A stretch of DNA of 61,455 bases, counting the filler, from Nemertoderma westbladi (lineage: Eukaryota; Animalia; Xenacoelomorpha), in assembly GCA_032718475.1 (NCBI GenBank). It is 3 parts of 3 records of this genome, joined end to end, with 100 filler letters (N's around TTAATTAATTAA, not from the genome) between each part and the next. Parts side by side here need not be neighbours in the genome. Positions count along the whole stretch, not along the records: positions 44,014 to 61,455 come from JAUCBJ010006038.1; 2 more parts are not named here. One strand, 5' to 3'. Made by a program: the position numbers and the translations under genes. The stretch's first letter is position 1. The number at the start of each line of letters is the position of its first letter. Below the pieces are notes generated by a model that searched no databases, was not told where the DNA came from, and saw only the letters and a program-made list of their open reading frames with translations. Positions 46,229 through 58,858 of the stretch are shown here, piece after piece.

Positions 46229-49200
46229 TCTATCAGGAATAATACTCTAGAATCATAAATTTTTCACTCAACCAAGGTTGTTTAACTTTGAAATAAAAAT
46301 TTGAACGGAAGAAAAAGAGAAGAATGGTTAACCTGAAAGTCAATTTTATACTTACTTTTAGATTGGAACTTTAACTATAACAAGTTTAGTTAAAATGTTC
46401 CCAAGAGATATTAAACTGGAATCCATTCCGGATCTTGAACCGCGGCGGTTCGTTAAAGGCGAGGTACGGCTTCGGGGAAGATCTCGTAACGATTAGGAGA
46501 GGTTTATATACCCCAACGATCGATTAATTTCCTGCCTCCCTGTGGGGCTTCAATCCATGTCTGAGCAATTTATACAACGGTTCTCGGTCCATAAAACCCA
46601 CGGAATAGAGGCAGGCAGCACGATGAAAGTACCCCAGGTAAGTAAATTATATAAGCCGAATGATACGGCTATTCGGTGACAATGGAAGCTCAACTGGTTG
46701 ATAGCAATCAAATCGGGCTATTTCCTAGGAAATAGTAGTGGGCTACCGTAGATTACAATTTTAAGTTTAATAAGACAGAAATGCGAAAGGAATCCATTAG
46801 ACAGAGCCAACAGAATAGCTAGAATTGCGGTAGTAAAGTTACCATTCGAAAGGAATTTTTAAGATAATCTGAATTCTTTTAACGATAAAAAAATACTGAA
46901 TGACAGGTCAACCAACCCAAGCCGAGTTGGAACTGCAGATAACCAAACTACATACAACATTGTTATTACGATATTACAATATGAAATTAGATTTCGTCCA
47001 GTAGGGAAATAATTGTGTAAGTTGTGTCATAACCCCTCATAAACGGAGGACAACTACGACTCTTGCCACAGCTCATGGCCATTTTTGTTGCATTTACATA
47101 TTCTCTTACTGAACTTAACACCCTGAAAGTATGCTAGAGTGAATTGGAGGAAAGTAAAACTATATAATCAGCCAATTAATTATTTATAGGTAAAAAATTT
47201 ACAAATATATAAATTTGTGTTGGCTGAAAACGGGACGAAAATATGTTGCGACCAATTAAACCAAATCTCAACGTTTAGTTTAAAAGGATCTCAACCAACA
47301 TACAAGGAGATCCGGCGGTTAGCAATAGTGAAAATCATATCAAATTTCGCGGTATCTAAAAATGAAACGGATTCCGGTAATTGCCCATTCACAATGTGGC
47401 GATACGTAGGTACTAGGTAGGTTTAACAACGATAAAGGCTTAATTCTATGTTCTGTGATCTGGCAATCCAAATAAATATAATAATTATAATATAATTAAT
47501 TACTGAATATGGCGTGCTTCGCTTGTGATATTTATCTCTTATGCTCTTTTTTTTTACATATAGCACTACAGCATTATTGATTGACAAGTATATTGTTTAT
47601 AACATTTTGTGTTCGATAAAAAACGTATCGGAAGATATTTTAATATTCAACCTATGACCCGATTGTATTTATGTAACAAATGAGGTTTAGATAAATAAAC
47701 GGGGGTCTTTAACGTTTAACCCTTTCATACAATGATGTGTACGTAATTGTGTAACATTATGTCTAATTATCGGGGTTGGGAACGCTTAATTAATCACTTT
47801 AACGTTTAGAAATATTGTTGAAATTCAGATACAATTATATACAAAACTTCCACTAACTGTTCCAATTTTCCACTATTTTGGTGCTCAAGAAGTGATTAGA
47901 AAAAGATTACTGTTACTAAGTTAGTGATAAAGTGATTACTATTAACTTTGCAGCGTTCAGTCCTATAGGCTGCAACGCTGCAAAAAGTACTTTGTTACGT
48001 TATGCGGATATCACCGGAACGTTGATAAGTTACATAATTTAACAAAATAATTAAACTTCAATTAAAAATACAGCAAAATTTAGAAAGGATAAATGTAATG
48101 GGACTTGGAAATGAACCAAAAAAATGAGGCAAAATAAAGAGAAAAAGGACCTCAGTGACTCCTGCTGGGCATCTCTAGCGGTTACAATTAACTGTACAGC
48201 CTTTAAGCGGCCCACTTCACACAAGGTAACATTTTTTTCCAGTAACTTGTTTCAGCAACATTTTTTAGACACCTGGAAATTACATTATGTTTAGGAAAAC
48301 TTTGAATCAGCATTAAATGGCTCGAAATTTAACTTTTAATGAATCAATTTTTAAATAAACACATCAAAATCTACTTAGGGAAACAAAAATTTATCGTAAT
48401 AAATTGTTACGTCTACTAAGATAAACAAAAACACAATTAATAATAATAATGAAAACCTTTAGTAAATAATTAATTAAGATAAACATGAATTGGAATTGTT
48501 AAATTTAAATAAAAGAGCACAAGACGTAATTAATAAAACTTTATTCTGTCAAGTTTCTCGTAACACTGTGTAAATGGACAATACCTGACCGGACTAATTG
48601 GCAATAATAATTAAGAATGATTAAAAGGGATTACTAAATAATTATTTTGGCAGTCTAGAATGATAAATTTACAACTCCCTGTAAATGCGACGCGCCGCAC
48701 ACGTAACTATTTCGGCATTAAATACATGTCAATATCAGAATAAATTCAAGCCTATATCATCAATAGTATAAGATACAATCACAATGTATTGTTTGTTGAC
48801 AAAATAAGTCATCTTCAAATAAAAATACGTAAAGAAACTTTATAAGACTGTAAAAGAAACTTTATAAGACTGTAAAAGATTGCATTCCTTTGATCCAATT
48901 GTGATATTAATTTTGCATTCCATTCGCCAGTGTAATTAAATAATTTCTCCGAAACTAAATATAAATATATATTCCTACTCTATAAAAATTATGAAACAAA
49001 TTTATTGCTAAAGAAAAAATTACAACTATTTATCTAACTTCAAAAATAATAATTTGCAAGAAATGAAATCTGTTTATATATGAAATACGATCATTTTGCA
49101 CATGTAATACAGTACGATCGATTCCTATAATATATTACCAAGTTATGGTCCCGACTCCACACCCCCCTACACCAACCAATTTGTAAAGAGTTGCTCGATC

Positions 49201-51234
49201 AACTTTTACCGATCCCTCAATATATAGGAAGCACGAACGAGCAGGTTACAGTGGCACGTTATGTTAACCAAAATAATAAACACAACAGAACAGGTTACAA
49301 TTTTATTTTTGAGAGTAATCAGCTGTTATTTGCGTCCATTTTCTTCCCTGGAGAGGGATGAATTATTATTGCATTCAGCCCCCCCCCCCCCCCCTCCCCC
49401 ATCTGAAAAACCAAGGTGATTAATTTATCTGATAATCTCGTAGAATTTGATACCATCTAGAGCATTTAGTCCTGTATATAATCTATTATTAATCACTTTT
49501 GGTGGGAATGTCTCAGTGAATGCGTCTCTTTACGAATCGGGCAAACTATAAACCCCACGGAACAAAGTAAAGTACGAAAAGGTGTAGAAAGATAATACAT
49601 GCATATAAATAATCCTTTCGAACATTCCGCCATGCCTAGACCGTACAAACAGACTGCATTGAGAAAGAGACGAAGTCAAAAAAATGGCACATTCCAATAG
49701 TCTAGTGCAACTTTAAGTATATAGCTTTGATATCTACATACATACCGGTAGGTGTATTTGTATATCAAAACAGATTTAATAAACTCACCAGCTGTTGTTT
49801 TATTAAAGCACCGCAATTTAGCTCCACTAAAAACTTAACTGCAACAACTACCAAAGAATTAAAGTGAATGTTAATTAACGGAATTAAAGACAACTTAATA
49901 ATAATTATAAATTTAAATTTCAGTTACCTATAATATTAAGTTTACTTCTAGTTCAAAATATAAATTAATATTCCCTGGAAATAAATCACACAAAATAAAA
50001 AGTAAGACTGCACTATAACGATTATTTTGCCTTTCAACAATCAATACTGCATGTTTGTTAATTGGAAGTTAAAGTAAACTAAGTCGACAACAACCTGTAA
50101 ATAATTCGTCTCCAATAATCCATTATATATATATATATACACAATTAGTCTAATTTAATATAATAACTCAGTTACACAAATATACGTAGAAATTATATTA
50201 CAATTAAATACTAATAAATATCTAGAATACATTAGATATTATCTACAGTAACTAATTTACCTACAAAGGATTACGGTGACCGTGACATATAAAATAACAT
50301 ACATTATTATTATAATAATACTAGATTAACTAAATATGAGTTGAATATAGGCTATTATGCCAAGACTAAATCGGTAAATATAAAAAAAATACTGCATGTT
50401 GACACAATTAAATGGAGGAACATCGAAAATATACTTCGCATAGTCGAGAAGAACTCGCTGGCAGCACAAACTAACTGCGAGGGTTAGATAAATATATAGT
50501 GTTCTACGTAAGTATACTGAAGTCAATCGGGGAAAAAGCAATCTTAATTACTTCGCAGCATAAATTACCTACAAATAATTATCCTGATAATTATTTAGCA
50601 CGAACCTTTCCTGACAATTAATACGGTAAATAAATCTACGGAGACCGCAAACTTACTCGATCGCGGTTATCCCCAGTGCCAGGTAAGTATAAACTTACTA
50701 ATCTATAGTTTTTAAAAACCACACATACCAATTAATACAAGGGTTCCACACAATTCATAGCACGGCTAGAGTTGCCATCACTTTTATGAACGAACCTTAC
50801 AGGTAGTAGTATAATGTTTGGTGCGGATTTAGTATTAAATAATATTACAATTTTGGTGGGTAAACACCATTTTATGAACAAACTTTTATAAAAAATTATA
50901 AATTCAATCCGCAAAAAGGAGATGATGAGACCTAGTTACAGGCAGGTCTTTAGGAAATTATTTGGGGGGGAGTTGAATTCAATAAATATTACATAATAAA
51001 TGATAATTTTCTTATATTTACATACCGGTACAACCAGGAATCTCAGAATGATATTGATGCGCAGCTCACAGGCGTTTGTTATTCAATGAATTTATACAAA
51101 ACAACAGAACCCCGTCCTCGGTAGATATTATATCGTTTTATAACTTGGAATCTGGGGCCTTCTCATTGTATTTAACACCCAATCACTCAAACTTCCACAC
51201 TAAGGTTAAACAGTTAAATATGCCGGACTACAAT

Positions 51235-51362
51235 ATTAGTACTAGTTATTAGTACTAGTTATTAGTACTAGTTATTAGTACTAGTTATTAGTACTAGTTA
51301 TTAGTACTAGTTATTAGTACTAGTTATTAGTACTAGTTATTAGTACTAGTTATTAGTACTAT
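51235..51362. repeat. 13-bp tandem repeat (ATTAGTACTAGTT), about 10 copies
   Basis: Perfect units. Confidence 0.95.
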
Positions 51363-52350
51363 TATTAATAGTAATACAATAAAATTAATAGTATTAAATA
51401 TTATGGTTAGTACTTAAATAGCCATCCGTTAACTAAGTCAACTATATAACCTATAACTTCCGAGCGCGTAAAACTTGTAACCCCTAGTTACTATACGATA
51501 CTCCCTCCTGTAAAAAAGGGCGCCCCAACAAATTGCCGATGTCGGACAACTAATGGATAATATTTATATGTTTTACCGAGGAAATAAACTTACTTATAAA
51601 TTACTTAATCAATCTAGACCTATAGATCTAACGAGATCATAAAGAGTTTCATTTTGATTCACCTGAAATATACTGATATGTCACGCCACGCCGTCGTACC
51701 GCGGCTGTGGTTGGTACTGATACACGCATGGACACTGCACGCACAGGCGCACACACAACCAATCGAATACGAGAAATATTATAACATATTTGGTAGAGCC
51801 GGTATGGCAAAAAATATTCGAATATTCTTACAAAAAATCAGAAATTTCCAAAGAGGTGACAACAAAAAGTGGATTTATTGATGTCGGTCGATGTCAATTA
51901 AATTTTTTAACTAAAAAGTACCGGTATAATACCGATGGTAAGAATTAGACATTTACTATACTGCTCGGTGCATGAGAGGAAAAAATGAGAAAATAGAAAC
52001 AAATAAATAACCTAGAACTAACAATATATAACATTATTGCTGATTAATTACATATAATTTTAGATAATAAATGGATTAAAATAAATTATCATAATAAATA
52101 ACATTCATAATGAATATTCGAATATCAAGAAACACTAAATGGTTATTTAGTAGTGGCATAGTGGATAGCCAAAACACTAAATAATTATTTAGTAGGTCCA
52201 CGGCAATGATGACTACCAGGTCTAAAATGTGTTATAATATCCCCTTTATTACTGGGTGTCTACCACAACGTCGATAAATCGTCTAGTCTATCCGAGAAGT
52301 ACTGGAATATAATATTATTTACACCAAAACGGGAAAAAGGATAACCTAAT

Positions 52351-54129
52351 TTATAAATCTTCGAAAAACGCAACGCGCGATTCGTTAGTGGAGGGCAGAA
52401 TGGTCGCCCCGGGAACGAGACAGTCGGACTTTGTCCGGTACGAGTCCGTCGCGGTCTTGGACTCGGTACACAACGACTGGATATCATTCCGCAACGCCGC
52501 CAACTGTTTATCCAGATTCCGACTCCGCTCCGTAAACCGCTTTTGCTCCGGGGGTGCGATGGATCCCGACTCGGTCGTGGAGGTGGCGGGAGGCGGGAAC
52601 TCCTTGGAGTCGCTAGTCCGAACGGCGACGGGCGTGGTCTGCGTCTCGGGCGAGTCGCACTGGGAGCCCACCGGGGAGGTCTGATAGTCCAACTGTAGGA
52701 TCGAGTTCTCGCGATCCACTAACTTCTTCAAAGCGTACTGTTCGTGCTCTTTAGCCAACGCCAACTCTTTCTTTAGATTCAGTCGATCCACGTTGCGTTG
52801 TTCGATATCCTTAGCGAGTTTCTGCGTCAACCTCTCGGCGTCGGTTGCCATACACCGCTGCTTATTCTCACTCAACGCGATCAACCTCTGCAACCGACTC
52901 ACCTCCTTCTCCGACTCAACGGATTTCATCGTTAGTAAACTAACCTGCTCCTCGGCGGACTTCGCCTTATCCGCGAGGATTCCCACGGCTTCTTCAGCTC
53001 GGGATAAAGTCTCATTGGCAACCTGAATGTCCTCCGTAAGATGCTGCAAAGTCTGCTCCAACAACCGCTTCTCCTGTTCCGTCTTCTCCAACCTACTCCG
53101 CTCTTGCTCCAACTTACTCCGCTCGTAAACCTTTTTGGCTCGCTCCTCCAAGGCCTGACTCTTCATCTGTTGCAACTCCACGGTGTCGGGGCGCCTACGT
53201 TGCATGTACAATTCGTGATTCCCGATGCACAAATCGAATATCTTCACCGCGCTGTGCTCCTGCTCCGAGTGGAAACTGAAATCTTTAGACTTATCGCTGG
53301 CGTGTCGAATCGATAAACGTTTATCATTAAACGAAATATTCCGAATCTCGGACCACGGGAAACTGAGGACAGGCAGCTTCCGATTCTGCCTCTCGTACAC
53401 ATTCATCCCGGAAGCCACGATTCCCAACCACAACTTAGTTTTACGTTTATTACTGATGGGGAAGTAACCGACCCCGAACATCTCGAGGTCTTGGGCCACC
53501 TTGAGGTACTCGATCTTGGCGTCCTCGGGGTGTAGACCCGCGTGTTGGATGCGGTAGTTGGATATCTGATCCATCCACGCGCTCGCGGTCATGCAGTACT
53601 GCTGGATGGTACTCATGGGTAGAAGGTCTTCCAGCGGTATCTCCTGCGGTAGACTGTCACCTCCGTATTTTGCCTGGATAGCGTAGGACGCTAGGACAAT
53701 GCAGATCTCGGCAGGGCAGTAGATGTTGTCGTTGAGAATATCCTGTTTAACTTGGAGGAAGCAAAGGTGCTGGGTGACCTCCTGTATTATATCGGAAACG
53801 TCCTCAGGAAAGTACTTGATGACGAAATCGAACTCGAACACACTGCTCTGTAGAAGGCTCTGGTCGCAGAGTCGTTTGTCCAGGTTGAGCCACTGCGTGA
53901 TCCCTCGAGTGTCCTTGTGACGGAGACCGAAGTACCAGACTTCACGGATTCCCAGAGTGCGACAGATTAGGTTGAACAGTTCGTGCCCCCGGGTTCGCTT
54001 ACTCACTCTGAACGTTAACTCAGCGTCGAGGGTGTTCACTCTGATATCCATTTCCTTCTGGCGCGAACTCGATTTCTTATTAAACTCACTGCCTCCATTG
54101 CACATATTATGATGCTTGGATTTAAACAT
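52351..54129 (-). CDS. NF2: Intronless merlin (NF2)-like ERM-family protein, 592 aa
   Basis: FERM domain (LGIREVWYFGL, KVAQDLEMFGVGYF, FPWSEIRNISFNDK, CIGNHELYMQRRRPDTVELQQMK), coiled coil, and merlin-type terminus SRVAFFEDL. Confidence 0.88.
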   Translation of the reverse strand: MFKSKHHNMCNGGSEFNKKSSSRQKEMDIRVNTLDAELTFRVSKRTRGHELFNLICRTLGIREVWYFGLRHKDTRGITQWLNLDKRLCDQSLLQSSVFEFDFVIKYFPEDVSDIIQEVTQHLCFLQVKQDILNDNIYCPAEICIVLASYAIQAKYGGDSLPQEIPLEDLLPMSTIQQYCMTASAWMDQISNYRIQHAGLHPEDAKIEYLKVAQDLEMFGVGYFPISNKRKTKLWLGIVASGMNVYERQNRKLPVLSFPWSEIRNISFNDKRLSIRHASDKSKDFSFHSEQEHSAVKIFDLCIGNHELYMQRRRPDTVELQQMKSQALEERAKKVYERSKLEQERSRLEKTEQEKRLLEQTLQHLTEDIQVANETLSRAEEAVGILADKAKSAEEQVSLLTMKSVESEKEVSRLQRLIALSENKQRCMATDAERLTQKLAKDIEQRNVDRLNLKKELALAKEHEQYALKKLVDRENSILQLDYQTSPVGSQCDSPETQTTPVAVRTSDSKEFPPPATSTTESGSIAPPEQKRFTERSRNLDKQLAALRNDIQSLCTESKTATDSYRTKSDCLVPGATILPSTNESRVAFFEDL

Positions 54130-54377
54130 ATTTGAAGGTTTATATACAAAGTACTGAAGTAAACCAACGAGATGACTGGGACGTAATTAAATAATATTTT
54201 TTATTTTCCAACAGAACTGTTGAATATATTTTAACTGCTGCATACCGTAAACCGTAATCCAGTAACAGTAGTCGCATAGAAAGAGATTAACCGACTGACT
54301 GATAAATAGTAGGCCTATCTCAGAATTATGTTATTTAGGTTATATTGAAAAGGAGGCCTACCGTACAGAAGTATGAA

Positions 54378-54580
54378 AATCATCGCGAGTAAAAATATTG
54401 TGAGTAAAAATATTGAGTGTTGAGAATTATCGATAATATAATGTAATACCGCGAGTTCAAAAAATATCGATAGTAAAAATATAGAGTTTAAAAATATCGA
54501 GAGTAAAAACATCGTGAGTTAAAATATCGAGCAAGTAAAAATATCTAGTCTAACAATATGGAGAGTAAAAATATCGAGTT
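54378..54580. repeat. Degenerate 15-bp tandem repeat (GAGTAAAAATATCGA)
   Basis: About 10 variant units. Confidence 0.8.
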
Positions 54581-54708
54581 GACAAGTAACAGGGTAATGT
54601 AAGTACCGTACTGTACTGCTGTAAGTAGTGTAATTGTAATGAACACGTTCTGGTATACTTGCATATATATTTCAATTGCACTTTTTCACTTCACATTTTG
54701 TTTTTCGT

Positions 54709-54869
54709 GTTAATTTTTCGAGTTACATCAATAAAAATAACAAAAACACGCCTTCTGCCTTCTGTCACGTCTCGGGGGCCTTCTGGACCTCCTGCCATTT
54801 TGGAGTCGAATTTCAGAATTTACAACTTAAAAGTTGAATTTGAACTTCTCCCCGACTGCCCGACTGGCA
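54709..54869. mobile_element. Right-end fragment of the MITE at 56974-57590
   Basis: Direct similarity to 57401-57590, ending gaacttctccccgactgcccgactggca. Confidence 0.7.
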
Positions 54870-55149
54870 AAGGATGGTCCCCAAAGTATCAAGACCCCGG
54901 GAATAAAATATAAATAAAAATTACATTAATTACGGGTACCGGTACGGTATGTAATGTAGGTTTATTGAATTAAAATAATGTAGAAATAATGTATTTAAAA
55001 TAAAGAAATATTGAAAGAAAAATATAAACGTTTATGTTCTTTTGCACTATTATTATGGTAGATTACGGAATACTTTCAAGTATGAGGTCAAATCAACATC
55101 ATGTAATACTGTAATAGAGTTTTAAAGGAACCTAGTGATGTAGCCTCAA

Positions 55150-56325
55150 CTACTTTGGCTTGGCCAGTAATCTGTTCCAAGGGTTGATTACTCTAAAGAA
55201 AAAGCTATTTTGTATAATCATGATGCCATATTTGGTTTAAATAACTTATACTTATGTCATATGTCCACGTGTTCTACAATTGTTAATAATGTTAAAGCGG
55301 TTGATTAAGTTAGGGACATCCACCAGACCAAGATCTTCGCGAATTATTTTGAAGGTCATAGATCAAAATATGATAATCTAATGTACCGACATACTGACTA
55401 ATAGTTAGACCATAGTTAGATCAAGTCGGAGACGGCGCAGTTCGAGTGATTCGAGACATAAAATACGAAGAATGGTGTCTTTGGATCAAGCGAACATCGA
55501 TAAAACAATCTTCGTGTAAACAATCTTTGAACTTTTTCGAGTTTCTCAATGGAACCTAGATAACCCTCTTTCTGTCTTTACAAGTAGTTGATAGGAACGG
55601 ATTCCAAACAGTAGTATCATATTCCACAAGAGGTCTCGCAAAGGTCGTATAGGCTCTCAATAGGGCACCGCCAAGCCAGTACAAACCAAACCAAGCCAAA
55701 CCAGGTACAGAACATTTTAAATATCACGTTAATAATAACATAGTATGCCTTTTTACAAATAGCATTAATGTGGTTTTGAAATGATAATGATGAGTCAACA
55801 ATTACACCCAGGTCGCGCGTCGCGGCAATGTTCAACTCGTGTCGATATGGCGGAATCAATATTGTAGGCCTAGTCAACGCGTTCAAAATTCTTAGTTCCA
55901 ATATTTAATACTGTACCTACATTTTTCAATTGCGATTGTCATTTGCTATGTATAACACCATTTTACAAAGTTTGTAAGTGATTTTAATAGAGCACTATGG
56001 TTTTTATTGGGGCCATATAATTTATTATCATCCGCAAATAGTTTCATCTCAGCCAGTAGAACACAATTATCAGGCCAATCGTCTATATAGCATATGAACT
56101 TTATTGGTCCTCCAACTGTTCCTTGTGGGATACCGGTCGGTACGGTACTGCTCCCAGTGACGTCTTTATAACTCGAATATATCCCAGCTACCTTAACACG
56201 TTGGGTACGGCCAGTCAGGAATGATTGAATCCAGGTTCATACTTTTCCTTTTATATTATAGCTATGTTCCAATTCCAACTTATATACCGGTAATAGTTTA
56301 AAATGCGATATTCTGTCAAAAGCTA
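55150..56325 (-). mobile_element. Old CR1-like RT and 3' fragment
   Basis: SFLTGRTQRV, GIPQG, FADD and RDLGVIVDSSLSF in broken frames. Confidence 0.75.
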
Positions 56326-56973
56326 ATGGCTAATAGCTTCCCCCCACACCCCAAGAGGGGTGAAACCGGTCAAGTCGGTAATTTAATACTCATTTATCAA
56401 CAGTAAAAACCTGAAGTAAAACATCTTAGAAATAGAAACCAGTAAAATATGTTATAACTTTATGAGACGTTAAAAAAACTCCGAATATAATAAAATTTCT
56501 TCCTAAAAAGCTGCCAAAAGCTTTTGATAGACAGATAGATCTGTGCTAATGCAGTAATGACGTCAATACTAATGACGTCAATACTCAATACCTGACCCAA
56601 TAGCCAAAACATCAGTCCAATCGCCCATACAATCCAATAACTGTAGGCCTAGTTCAGTAAATCTTCCTTGGAGGAAACCAAATTGTTTACCATAAATCAA
56701 ATTGTTGATACATAAATATTTTATTATTTGTCGCCACATTATTCGTCAGTTCGTTCAAAGCTGCAAAGGTCAGAAGGTAAGTATGACATACCGGTACTGA
56801 TACACAACGGAGGTTATTGATATTGGTCTATCTTTCTACTCCAGTACTCTATACTGCTATATGCTATAATTTGGTGATTTACTTGCTTCACCCTGTCACC
56901 CTTTTTAAATAAAAAAATAATGCATATAGGCCTAGTACTATACAGCTATATGTACCGGTAACGGCAGGTAATC

Positions 56974-57590
56974 TGGCAGTCAGTCGGGGAGAAGTTCTAT
57001 TTTCAACTGAGTTGAAATTTCAACTTTATTTTTTAAAATTCAACTTTTTATTAAAATTAAACTTTTGGAGTACCGGTCTGCCGGTAGAGTTTAAAGTTCA
57101 ACTTTTTTTTTAAATTCAACTTTCAGATTTTTGGAATAGCTTTGGAAATACTGAAATATGGACAGATGGAATTGGAATCCATCACTGGTATTCCATTGCA
57201 TAATAATTATGACATTCAGCGGTAATTTAATACATCTAATAAATTCCCATAGTCAGATACCAGGATACCGGTAGTATTTCAGGTAATTTGCAAATGTCTG
57301 AATGTACCGGTAGGCGGTAATCACTTAAAAATGTTTTCAAAAAAAGTATTCCCGACTGCCCGACGGTGAAAGTTTTTATTCCATCGGTAATGAAATGAGG
57401 GTTAATTTTTCGAGTTACATCCATAAAAGCAATAAAAACACCCCTTCTGTCACGGCTTGGGAGTCTGGGCAGCTCCTGCCATTTTAGAGTTGAATTTACA
57501 ACTTAAAAGTTGAATTTAAAAAAAAATGTTTTAAATTTCAACTGAGCTGAAATTTGAACTTCTCCCCGACAGGCGACAGCCCGACTGGCA
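56974..57590. mobile_element. MITE-like element with imperfect TIRs
   Basis: gcagtcagtcggggagaagttc...ttcaactgagttgaaa versus ...gaacttctccccgac...gactggca. Confidence 0.65.
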
Positions 57591-58858
57591 GTCTGGTAAT
57601 AACGTAATAGCCTACAGCCTAGCCACTAGCAGACTAGCTAGATAGGTTCATCAAGCAGTTGTCAAGGGTTGGTGCGTGAAAAAATTGTTGGGCCAGGCCA
57701 GACAGCCACAGTAATTGTAGTCTGTAACAGTGTAAGGCAGTAAGGCTGTAAGGGCAAAGGGGCCTCGCCTAGCGCAGTAGCGCTAGCCAGCTAGCCCTAG
57801 CAGCCTAGCCTAGCCATAGGCTAGCCGCTAGCCAGCTAGTGGAGCGCCCTACTGCCCTAGTAGGCAGCTCAGCTAGGTATGCGCATGTACTGATGTACGT
57901 CTGTCTGTACGTACACCATGCTGCCATGTAGGCTTTGTAGGGCCTATCGACCTATCAGGATCAGCTAGTCTGCCAGTCAGCCTATCTGCCTATAGCATAC
58001 TGGCATAGCTGTATCCTGTATACCGGTACCTGGGTACCGGCTGATCCAGACAGTCAGCTGGCCAGAGTCAGAGACCGGCTGACCGGTAAGCGGTAACAGT
58101 AAAACAAACAAAAAACACAAACTGACTGACTGACAATCAGACAATGCCAGAATGCTGCAATCCTGTAGGCCTAATGAGAAACGAAACGTAAATACATTAT
58201 GCCAGTTTTCTGGTAGACAGGCTGATAGCTGGATAGGTAGGCCTAGCAGCCTAGAGGCTGAGAGGTAGGTCTGTAGGTCTACCGGTAAACAGGTAAACGG
58301 CTGAACGGATGCAACGTAATCAGGTAATCCTGTACGGTACCGTAATCAACTGTAAATTGAAACAAAACTACAGATACTGCTGCTGTGCTGTACTGAATGT
58401 ATATTTTACTGTCAGAAAAGGCCTATTTCAGTATTTATTTCTACCGGAATTATGCAGGACTGCTAGCAGCACTGCAGGACCCAATGAAGCAGGCCCACTC
58501 ATGCAGGACCCAGGCTACCTAACTCAGTAAATGGCTAACACTAACAATAATGTTGAATGGCATTATACCCTACTGTTATAATAGTAGAGAGAGACAGACA
58601 CAGCTACTGTAGTTTCATCAAGGTGAAAAGGTGATTCAACAACACCACCTAGTGGCAAAATCATGTTTTATAATTTATGGATATAAAAAGAAACTAGACA
58701 CGCAACGATGCGGCGGTGTAAGCAATATATCTGCATGTGATTTGAATTTTTACGTCAACAACACATTAAGCATCTCGCCGTACTACAGTATACTGTTTGT
58801 AGGCATCTTCATATGTTATACAAATACAGTAAGCGAGTGTCAGCGTGTTATTCCTGTA

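Noticed and set aside
52388-53920. Plus-strand ORFs over the merlin gene
   Set aside because: Antisense shadows of a GC-rich coding sequence.
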